A DNA stretch of 59,155 nt, filler included, from Basidioascus undulatus (lineage: Eukaryota), in NCBI GenBank assembly GCA_000826855.1. It is 3 parts of 3 records of this genome, joined end to end, with 100 filler letters (N's around TTAATTAATTAA, not from the genome) between each part and the next. Parts side by side here need not be neighbours in the genome. Positions count along the whole stretch, not along the records: positions 19,761 to 39,410 come from JTLS01000409.1; positions 39,511 to 59,155 come from JTLS01000410.1; 1 more part is not named here. One strand, given 5' to 3'. Below, piece by piece: positions 37,844-48,468 of this stretch (its first letter is position 1; each line of letters starts with the position of its first letter). The notes beneath the pieces were generated by a model, which searched no databases, was not told the DNA's origin, and was given only the letters and a program-made list of their open reading frames with translations. Both the position numbers and the translations under genes were made by a program.

Positions 37844-38170
37844 ATGCGGCACCACACTGTCCTCCTCGCACCCGTCGCGCTCGCCACTCTTCTCAGCCTC
37901 GCACTAGCCGCCCCTCAGGCTGCTACGTCCACGACGACCGGCGGGGTGCTTCCGATCTTGCCCATCTTCCGAAGTTCCGACCCCGACGACGACCCGGCCC
38001 TCCCGGTGCTTGGCGGCGGGCCGTACGTGGCGTCTGCTAATGCTGCGTTCCCGGGGCCGCCCCTTCATCTTCGAACCCGCGGCCGGGTACCAACCGCCCC
38101 CACCGTTCGCGCCTCTGCCCCCCGGTGCGAAGATCTTGGGTTAGTGAGTCAGACGTCGGGTTTGTATTGA
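37844..38170 (+). CDS. Small secreted Pro/Thr-rich protein; 3' structure uncertain (possible intron at about 38144-38219)
   Basis: CAACAACATG context. Signal peptide MRHHTVLLAPVALATLLSLALA-APQ, then ATSTTTGGVLPILPIFRSSDPDDDPALPVLGGGP. Confidence 0.55.
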   Translation: MRHHTVLLAPVALATLLSLALAAPQAATSTTTGGVLPILPIFRSSDPDDDPALPVLGGGPYVASANAAFPGPPLHLRTRGRVPTAPTVRASAPRCEDLGLVSQTSGLY

Positions 38171-38768
38171 AAGCCTTTGGGGGGGTTCACGCTGACGCTT
38201 CGCATGCTTACACTGGCAGTCCGGATTAGCGCTCAGCATGTACAGGCTCGTCGGTGCTTTGGTGTGGCTTGCTTGCGTGAAGGATTCAAGTGATCAGAAT
38301 GCCGGCGGCATGCGGCCATTCTGTCTGGGTCCTCCGTTGTGTGTTAGAATGGAAAAACGAAAGGGAACGTGCAGCGAAGGGCGTCTCTGAGCTGAGTTGA
38401 AGGAAAAGTTCGATTTATGTCTGCGCTGGATGGGTCAGCTATCATATGTATACCCTGGCACTCGGTGTTGCAGTCGATCATTGCTATTTACGTCTGCTCC
38501 ATCACAACCCCAGCATAGCTCCAGCACCCGCGATCCCAGCTTGTCAGCGCCCCAAGCCATTCAAACCGGTCGAACCCAGCACTCGCAGCTCTTCTCTTCT
38601 CATTCATTCATTCTATAAAGCAAGAGCAAAAGCACAGCAGACTTCAACGGCCGGGCAACGGAAAGCGAAAAATCGGAATTGTGCATTGGACCCCAAAAGA
38701 AAACGGAGGGGATTTGTGGCGTGGGATAGGTATAGGGTCGGAGATGAGGGGCAGAGGGAGGAAGGCGT

Positions 38769-39410
38769 TCACGGCTCGAGGCGCTTGGGGTCGCGCGGGA
38801 AGAGCGAGGCGCGGCGGATGTTGTTGAGCTTGAGGAAGAGCATGACAACGCGCTCGAGGCCTGATTATTCCCTCTCGTCAGCGGCCCCACAAAAAAAGGG
38901 GGGTGGCAGGGAGGGAGGGGAAAAGGATGGTAGGGAGGAAAGGGAGGACACGGAAAGGGAGACGTACCGATACCGCCGCCCGCGTGCGGGGGCGCGCCGA
39001 GGCGGAAGGCGTCGACGTAGCCTGGTACGAAGGAGCGCATGATCAAACTGTGCTGTGCCTGGATGGGGAGCAGAGCAAGAGACGCACCCTTCATAGACGC
39101 CGGGTCGATAGGCGGGTCGATGGACTTCATGCGCTCGATGAGGTAGTCGGCGTCGTGGACCTGTACGCGCACCCACCCCATGCCGCACATTCTTGTCAGC
39201 ACCGGGGGAAGAACTGGCGCGAGAGGGGAGGAACGCACACGCTGCGCGCCAGAGAGGATCTCCTCGCCGCGCATGAAGATGTCGTACGAGTTGGAGTAGT
39301 TCTGATGGCGCGCCGCTTCAGCAGGATGAAGGATGAGGTGGAAGCAGATAACAGAAGGAGGGGGGTGTAGTACGAGATGAAGCCAGGGTTGCCTGGCGAG
39401 TCGGGCGTTA
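38769..39410 (-). CDS. DPS1: Cytoplasmic aspartyl-tRNA synthetase, C-terminal exons only (5' truncated by contig end)
   Basis: [24 protein letters not shown]...[47 protein letters not shown] (class II motif 3). Confidence 0.95.
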
Positions 39411-39510
39411 NNNNNNNNNNNNNNNNNNNNNNNNNNNNNNNNNNNNNNNNNNNNTTAATTAATTAANNNNNNNNNNNNNNNNNNNNNNNNNNNNNNNNNN
39501 NNNNNNNNNN
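39411..39510. other. Artificial contig spacer N44-TTAATTAATTAA-N44
   Basis: Exactly 100 nt, core at 39455-39466. Confidence 0.98.
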
Positions 39511-41013
39511 TCCGGCAGGCTCAGCACCTCGTACGTCGTCTCGTCCTCGGCGATGTCATCCAGCGCGACCTGGGCGCGTCGCAGCGACTTGAGCGCGGAC
39601 GCGGACGGCGAGCTGGACGCAGAGGCGCCAGAGACGGATATGGAGGACATCTCGAGGACGGGGGCGGCAACGAAGGCGGAGGAGGCGATGGGACAGGACA
39701 GTTTGGAGGAAAAATTGCTCCGGAGGAAGGCGAGGGAGAGCGAGCGGGTGTGACGAAGGACGGGGGTGGACGCGGCGTGGCGGAGATGCGCTTTTGGATC
39801 GGACGGTCCGATCGAGGGCGTAGTGACCGCCATCGACGATAACGCCGGGCACTCCGTCACGCTCGTGGAGGGATGGGACATCGCGACACGGATGACTGGG
39901 CTGTCCGGCGGCGTGGGCAGGCTGCTGCCCGAGTCGACGGGGGAAACCTTGACCTCGACGTCCACGAACGCCTTTTCCTTGCCCTTGCTCTTCTGCGACG
40001 GGCGCGCCTCGACCTTCGGCACGACAGTCTGCAGCGGCATCGCGACCGTCGCCGGGACGCGGAGCTGAAGCTGCGCCCGGGCAGCGAGCGCAAGACGGCG
40101 GTCCGCCGTGCCGAGGCTCGGGTGGTCCGCGAGGCGAGCGGCCAAACGGAGGTGGCGCTTGTACTGCTCAGGCGTGGGCGCTAGGACGGTGGGGAAGTAG
40201 GATGTGGAAGGGGTCGGGGCGGACATGGGCGTGTTGGGGGTGAGGACGAGGCCGAGGAGCTTTGTGGTTGGAGTAGGATCTACGTCAGCGCTGAAAGCCG
40301 GCTGCACCCTGTTCGCTGAACGTGCTCACAAGGTTCAGATAGAGGAACGAGCGCAGTGTATCCGAAGGCAGATCGAGTGCCTCCGCCGGCTCGTCACTCT
40401 CGAGCGCTTGCGAGGCTCGACGGAGGTCCTCCGAGCGGGACAAAGCCTCCGCAGCGACCCTCGCGGCGAGGTCCCACACCGAGCCCTTCCACTCGCCCTC
40501 CTGGGGCCCGACGCTCCACCGCCAGACGCCCGAGCCCGGCTTGATGGTGTCCAGCGCGCGCTTGGCGAGCTCGACGTCGGCGGGGGCGCGCGCGAGGCCG
40601 GTGAGGGCCGCGACGGCGGCGTGCACGGGGGCCGTTATCGCTGGGGCGGTGGGGGTGCCGCGGGAGAGGGTGTGGGAGAGGGCGAGAGCGGAGGAGGGCA
40701 GGACGGGGGCGGTGTGTATGAGGAGCGAGAGGTAGAGGTGGCACTGGTGCTCAATGTACGCAGACTGGAAACCCACACCCAGCGTGTTGCCTGTCAGTCT
40801 CAAAACCTTGCCGCCCACGTGAAAGTGACAACCAAACGGGGACCAAAGACTCACGCCGAGCTGCTCGCAGAAATCCTGCTCCCAGTGCTCGCTGTCCTCC
40901 AGGTCAAGGTCGTCGAGGATGGCTTCGGCGTTATCGCGCTCGTCGTCGGTCGCGAGGCGGGCGGCCTCGACGGCAACAGGCGATTCAGAGAAGAATGTCG
41001 CGGCTGGGTCCAT
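39511..41013 (-). CDS. Hypothetical protein (helical N-terminal region plus Ser/Pro-rich region); 3' truncated
   Basis: MDPAATFFSESPVAVEAARL...WEQDFCEQLG-SAYIEHQCHLYLSLL..., with canonical introns and long open frames running into the spacer. Confidence 0.7.
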
Positions 41014-42732
41014 GCGGTGTGTGTCGGTTGATAAGGCTTCTTGAGGCTGCTTTTTAGGTTGATTGTTGAAAGATAAAAGCGTAGGCAGCGTGTGTGCTGG
41101 GTGCAAAAGAAGTGGAGTGGATGGTGGTGGTAAAGAAGAGGGCAGCGCGAGGCTGGCGGGCTGAATACAAGACTGGCACACGACCAAGTCCGGTCGGGCT
41201 GCGGTGGCGCTTGAGTGCTCGCGCGGGGAATTGCGTGCGGGGACAATCGGAATCAGGGCTGGACACTAATGTCAACTACCATATTCTACCACGCACATCT
41301 CCATATCATCAAACAGCATTTGCCAAGTCATCCGGGATCGCGGTATGCTCGCGGGGTGCGTCCGCTTGCGGTGTCCGGGCCCCTGCCCGTTCCCTTTCTT
41401 ATAAAACGCTGGGCCACGACTGCACCTTCTTTTGCGTTTGAGGCTGCTCACAAACAGTCCCATCACTTCCAAGGCCTTCAGCGAGCGCAGTATGCAAAAA
41501 AATTGCAACCGCTCTCTTGAGTCTCTTCGTTGATCCCAAGCCACAGATATAAATGGACAGATGATGTACAGCGGCCCGATCAAAGCATGTGAACTTGCTG
41601 CCCAATTTCAAATCACGGTATCCACTGTTTTACTACAAGCTTCTTGCGCAAGTGGCAAGGGGAGGAGCTTCCGTACTCGTACTTGCGCTACTATCCACCC
41701 TCGCTTCTCTCGAGCTTTCCGACCAGTCAGAGCGCCGCTGGTTTGCAATCTCGCACACGACCAGCGACCGAACGTTCGCCTACGGGTGCTCATTGACGTG
41801 GCTCCTACCCAGGATCCGGGTTCGCTCCACATGGCTTCAATCCCTCTGGGAGGAGGTCCCCAGGGAGTGCCAGAGAGGCGGAGCGTGCGAAGACCGCTCA
41901 CGAAGCTGTCCATTGATCCTCCCCCCGCATTGTATTTTCGAGCTGCATGACTGCTGCATGCACACATTTTATCGATGTGACTCCTGAGAGTTCCCCATTC
42001 ATTCAGTGCCGCCTCCCCTCACCTATCCCCGGAAATTGTAAAGTCGTTTCAGGTCGTGCGCGGGAGATTCGGTTGACTGCCCTTTCACGCCAAACCTACT
42101 CGTCTGCCCTCCCTCAAACTACCGAACCCCTCTTCGGCTTCGAGAACTGCTGCTCACACGACCAGAACTCTCAGAGCCAAGACGCGTTTAGACCATGTTC
42201 ATGGTCATCACGGCCGCGATAGCAGGGGTCACAGCGGCGGCAGTTTTGCGCTTGACTCGACGTAATTCGACTCGCTGCTAGCGTTGTTGCGAAAGCTCCT
42301 TGGCACGGCCGCGAAAGACCCTTCCTGCCTTCTTTCGAGGGCGATCCCTCCTCAACAAGTCGATGATCGTCAGGCTGCCGGAGGAAATGGAGCTTGCCTT
42401 CGGAGTCGTGCTATATATCCAATGCTACCGGAGCTGCAAGGAGAGTGGAGATGGGTCAGTAGCGTTCATGGGTTGTGAATAGCGATCATGTGTTGAAGTT
42501 TGAATGCTGCCTTCCTGGCAAAATATCATTCCCGGCACTTTCAGCGCAATCATTATTACTGATAATGCCCACGCGCAGTCGGAGACAAAGTATGAATGCA
42601 CGTCATGAAGACAGCGGACCACTGCAAGTCAGAATAGAAATACGTCGCACGAGCTCGAAAAAAGCGAAGATTATACTAGTAGCAACACGTAAGGAAAGAA
42701 AGCAGCAAAGAAGTTCCTGATGCGCTCCCCGC

Positions 42733-45700
42733 TCATGCCGAGGACGACCCCGCGTTGCCGACGCCCGGCTGGCCCTCGATGCTCTCCCCGCGCTCGAGCA
42801 TAGAGAGCAGGCGCTTGAGCTCGACGACGTCCTTGTGGATCTGGCGCTCCTCTGCCGGCCGGCTGTCGCGCTGGTGGTTCCCCATCGCTTCCCTGTCACA
42901 TTCACAACATACAGCACTCCTCATCATCAGCGCGCGAGTCCAAGCAGGAAAGAAGGTGGGTGAACAAGATAGGACGCACGGTGAGATCAGGTTCCCGTCG
43001 TCCATCACCAACCACTTGTCGAGCTGCACCTTGATTGACTTGGCTTTGAGTTTGAAGTGAGTCCGGATCACGTCCTGGAACGGCGCGGGCGGGTTCTTGA
43101 GGTTGCCGAGTATCGCGTCCTACGAACGTTTGAAGTCGAAGCATTAGCATCGGGCGGCGGGAAAATACATAGGTGTAAACGCACGTTGATCGTCATGCGG
43201 CGCGTGTTGGCGCTGTACGCCTTCGATGCGGGGGTGCCGCCGCCCGACGTCCAGCCCGGCTCGTTCTGGTGCCCGCAACATCGTTAGATCAAGGCGGACA
43301 AGCTCACACGCAGAAGAAAGACGTACCAGATACGGCTCGTCGTTCATGACCATGCTCTGAATCGAGATGATCACTACCCGACAACCGCATCAGCGGCTGC
43401 ATCCCGCCTGGCGCCATCTACACAAGAGACCGACCTTGCAGCAAGGTCGACTTGCCCGGCACCCACCCTGGACCTTGCCACGTCCCGAGCAGGCTCAAGC
43501 AGACCTTGCCATCCGAGTACCTGCGACCGCAAGCCGTCAGAGTGACCCCCTCCGCTTCACGAACAGGACAGTGGAGCACACAGGTTCGGGTTGTAGCGGT
43601 ACCGGCCGCCCTTGGTCGTCATCGTCTTGACCATCGGTGGTGATTGGTTGTAGGACGCGCCTGTTCGTTCTCGCGTCAGCCCGCAATGTCGAGTTGGGCA
43701 TGCGGTTTCGGGAGGACGCACCGAGGAAGCAGTCGAAGATGAAGCAGCCGTTCTCGTAAGGCGTGCCTTCTGGGCCGATGCTGTTCAAGTGAAATAGGTG
43801 GTCAGCGGCCGATCCGAGCAACAAAGTGTCCACAGGCGTACATCAGGAACTTGATGACTGCGCGTCGAGAATGTGTCAGATCGGTATGATAGAAGCATCA
43901 AGAAAGCACGACACACCATCCACCCTGTTCTCATCCACGCGCACGAACACCGAGGAATCCCACGCGACGGGCACATTGGTTGCGAGCACGCCGAGCTGTA
44001 CCGCGACACCATCATCAGCTGCCGGCATGCCCACCTCCGGATCGCCCAAGCGCACCTCCTTCGCGATCGCAATGCTGCGCTTCGGGATCTGGCTGTCCCC
44101 GAGCGCAGCGATCTCCTTCGAGAACACATGCATGTACTGCGTTGGCGGCGGCGCGGGCGCCTTGCCCTTCGCGTCGGCGGCGGCGACTGGCGCGGACGAG
44201 GGGATCTCGAGATCGACGTACTCGAACCGGGTCGAGGTCGCCCACTCGACGTACTTGTGCTTGAGCTCCTCGTCCGACGACGGCGCACCGCCTGCGGAAA
44301 TCGGCGCGAGCCCTGCCGCAGCGGCAGCGTTCGCGGCGGCTTCGTGTCCCAGCAGACGCCGCACGAAGTCCGCACCCTTGTTCTTCGCCAGGTAGCGGTC
44401 TATCGCGTCTGCAGCTGAAATTATGCGGTCGCTGCCGGATTGATGTGGGTTGAGAGAGGTTTTGACAGCATCGCATGCGACAGGGTTGACTTACCAGAAA
44501 GCGAGCAGCATCTGGTTCTCCGGCTCGAGCGCAGGTTGGTCTTCCGCCGGCCGGTTCGGGTCGTCCGGATCGGTCCCCTTCACGACGCCCATCGCCAAGC
44601 CCTTCTTCGCAGCGACTGTCTGCGTCCGGATCCCCTCGAGCAGCTCGCGGGGACCAGCTGAGCCCTACACAGTGCGGCATAAGCCTGAAACCCTGATAAG
44701 ATAGAAGCGAAACATGTCGTACCTCATAGACGATCGTCTTCTCCCGCCGATCAGGCACCGTTTTGCGGGTCTTCTGACTTCTGGAAGCGGCGGAAGACGT
44801 GTACGTGACCTTCGAGACCTTCCTGTACACCCGGCGCGATGGTTAGTTCGCGTGCGGGCCAAGGTAGTGGAGACGGACATGATAGGTTGAGCGACGATGG
44901 AGCACAGCGCCTCGTGGTCCGCGAAGGTCTCAAGCCACTGGACCAGCTCGCCGTAGAGCTCTTTCCGCTCCGACATGTCCAGGAGCGAGTCGTTTCGAAG
45001 CACTGCGTTCCGAAGGGGCTGGCAATCAGCATGGTGAATTTCAAGGTAGGCAGATGAGATACTCACGCTCGCTCGCGATGGGGTTGAACCTTCGACGCAG
45101 ATGAGCAAGGGTGGTGGGGTGAGCTGCGAGGGCGATCGCTAGTCAGCAAACGCTGCAGTAACCCTCCGGGGGCGAAACGCAACTCACGGAAGAAGTCGGA
45201 GGGATAGCCAGCAGGGTCTCGGCGGAGGAGGGGGAGGAACTCGCGAACGGCAGCGAGCAAGTTAGCCATCTTCTTGTCCCTCGCAGCCTGCTTCTGCAGC
45301 GCAGCGACCTGGCCAGAGTTCTGCCCTCCCACATATGAGCGCTCGCTCGTCCCTGCACAACCGAACGCTAGCCAACTCACGTCCTCCCGCCCGCTCCCGC
45401 CCGCGTACCCCGTGCCCGCCTTGGCCCTGTTCCCGCGCGGCACGCCGTACCCGTCGCTCATGTCGTCGTCCTCATCCGTCGCCTGCGCCGCGCCCGTGCT
45501 CCCCACCTTTCGCTTCTTCTTTGACTTCTCCGCCGTCTCGCCGGGCGCCTCCTCCCGCTCGACAGCGAAGAGGCGCTCGAGCATCGCGAGTCCGACGCCG
45601 AGGATGACACCTTTGACCAAGCGTGTCAGCAAATTGACTTCCAAAAGCGAGCAGCGAAGGTATTCGGCACACCTTGCAGGTTGGCGCAGTGGAACAGGCG

Positions 45701-46951
45701 GCTCTCCGCACCGTCGCGCATCTGATGCGCCAAGTCAGCCTGCTATTCCGGAAACAAGACGTGCGCTGAAGCTCACCTTGCCGATCTTGTATCCGTCGCC
45801 GGACGGGGTCGATACGCCTGAGGGCGCCGAAGACCCTGCCCCGTAGCTCTCGCCGCACGCGCAGCAGAACGTGCCCTGGCACTTCTTGCAGCGGCGGTGG
45901 ACGATTTGTTTCAGGTGCGCGATGTAGGCAGTGAAGTTGCTGTCGGGCTGTGCAGGGCAAACAGGTTAGCGAACCCAAACAGTTCGAAGCCTGGAGTGGA
46001 GAGCGCACGAAGATGGCGAAGAAGTTGGACGCCTTGCGCTCGACGGGGTGCTTACAGTGCGGGCATGGCACCGTGCCCTGCGTGAGCTCGTTGTACAGGC
46101 TGAACAGGAACTGTTGTCGCCCGGCTAAGTAAGCGCCCCTCCCAGCACCACGGAGACACACAGTGCGCTCGATGCGAATGGGGGCTCACCGACTGCTCGC
46201 TCCCCTCCGCGACACCCTTCATCCACTCGCCCTGCGTCAACACCTCCACTTCCACCTCGGGCCCCGGCCGCTCCGGGTCGGGCAGCAGCTCGCGTGCCGG
46301 CGTCTCATCGATCTCGATGACTTCCTCCTTGCGCGATTTGGAGAAGAAGATGCCTGAAAACGGGTAGCGTCAGACAGGGGGCGCGGGAATAGGGCGGCCT
46401 CCTGGACGAACCGGCGTATGGGTCGCTGTCCTTGGTGGTACCGTCTTCCCAGCCTCCGATAGAGATTGCGTCGTCTTGGAAGACGTCTGTGAGGTAGAGA
46501 GAGGTCAGAGCGTCAGCTCGAGTTCAGCGGCGCAGACCGCCGAGCGAAGCGCACCATCATCCGGCTCAGCATCAGACCCATCCATCATCTCCTCGTCGCT
46601 GTCCTCCGCAATCTCGTCCTCGTCTTCGTCCGGCGTCTGTCCTCCAAACCATGAGCGTCCCACCATGTCGCATCCGAGCTAGCTTTTACTCACCTGCAAC
46701 CTTCCGCCCTTCGCAGCCGGCGCGGCATCCTCGCCCTCATCCACCGCGTCCGCGAACCTCCCATCGAACACGGCGCTCATGGCCTCCCCAATGTCGCCTT
46801 TGGCCGCGCGCAGTGCCGCGCGAGCCTGAGGCCTGCTGGCGCCGATCTCGATGAGCTGTTAAAGGCCCGCGGGTGAGGGTGTCTCGGCGGGAGCGGGATG
46901 CGGACGATGAGGATGCGCACGCACCTGAGCGATAAGCTCGGCGTCGGACAT
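42733..46951 (-). CDS. Large ubiquitin-conjugating enzyme of BIRC6/UBE2Z type with N-terminal UBA-like domain and Cys-rich Zn-binding region
   Basis: UBC domain: [88 protein letters not shown]. BIRC6-like GTGYAGG and LRNDSLLDM blocks. UBA-like LIAQLIEIGASRPQARAALRAAKGDIGEAMSAVF. Cys cluster CPHC...CKKC..FCCACG...HC. Confidence 0.88.
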
Positions 46952-48468
46952 GACGATAGGGAATGATTTTCGTGAACCTGGGGTCGGAAGGAGTTGTTGT
47001 TGTTTGGGATGCTGATGGTATGCTGGGTAAACACGTCCGTGTTGCTATGTTCGTCGTTCATCACAACAGTGAACAGTGAACGCGGAGGCGGCGGGCAGCG
47101 AGGTTCTGACGTACGTTCTCTCACGCTCCGATGACTACGCAAGAAGAGTCGACTTTCACCTGAAATTCGGACTGAAACTTGTTGAAGTAAGACCGACGCA
47201 AGCGCGGCAGGACCGATTCCCCATCTCAAGCCCAGCTACAGCATTTGGGTAATTCAGAATGAAGCTTTGAGATGTTTCAAGAATGTGAACAGCTATAATA
47301 TGTCAAAAAGGACTGCTATGCCCGGCCCGGCCCTCGGGTCAGCTTGGTTTTCGTTCTTCCTCGGTCTGTATACTACTTCGGCCTAGACCTGAATCTCCAA
47401 CTACCATGCTCATACATCAACAGTTTCTGCACTTTGGCCGCTAACCTGACTCCATGCGCAGGAGAAGAAAAGGACTTGAACGTTCCTGATGGCTTCTGAG
47501 CAGTCCTTCACGCTGAAATAGCAAAAGCAACGAAAAGAGAAGGTCTGGCCAGAGCAACAGATGGTAGACGTACAAGCCATACTGGACAAGCTGCAATAAA
47601 AGTTACCTGTTCCACGTCCCTTCTTTTCAGCTTGCTGTAATATTGCGGGGATGACCAAAGCCTTTCTTGTTTCTTGGAACAACTATGATGCCAAAAAGCC
47701 TTAGGTTTGTAGCTTACATGCAGAACCGCACCGGGACAGCGCAGTTGAGGCTTCGACCTACACCTGTCGTTCAGCAGCGTCATCATCGAGCACCTTGACC
47801 CGACACTTCCACAAGAATTTCACAGAAGCTTAGGAACTCTTTTTTTAATATTGGTTGATTGATGAGCGTGCTGTCGAGGTGGATTGATGCGGTTGGATGT
47901 AGGCGGGCAAGGCCCTGGTCAGCCGCGGCCCAGCCACGGAAGGTTTGCTATTCAGAAAGTTGCGGTCAAAAGCGTGATAGGAAAATGGAGACCGATTCGA
48001 TTCCCTCTTCGTTCCTCAGGGGAAACGGAATTGGTTCATCTTGATGGTTAAAATACTTGGTATACTTCAGATAATCAACAGAGGGTAAATGTACTCCCCG
48101 GGATATGTGCATGCTAGCTGCCGAAATCGACTTGCGGTTGGCTTCGCATGACCTGCAAAGGTCTCGTGTTCCACACACTCATTTCTGACTCAGGTTTGGA
48201 CATGCTCCATAAGAATCCAATGTTCTTCTTGTGTTCTTGCTTGGCCCAGCTGATTTTGCCTTAAAGACAGCAGTCTACCTTCCATGGCGCTGCCAGCCGC
48301 AACTTCTGCAAACATGTGTGGAGACAAACACGAAGACTTTAACAACTGTGCTGTAATCTAAAACAAGAATCTCTCTAGTTCCTCATCAAGAGCTCCCAAA
48401 ACGTTACAGAGCGTGCAAGAATCCACAGTGTCGTGCGAAATACCGTCCGCTTCGGCGAAGAAAATCGT

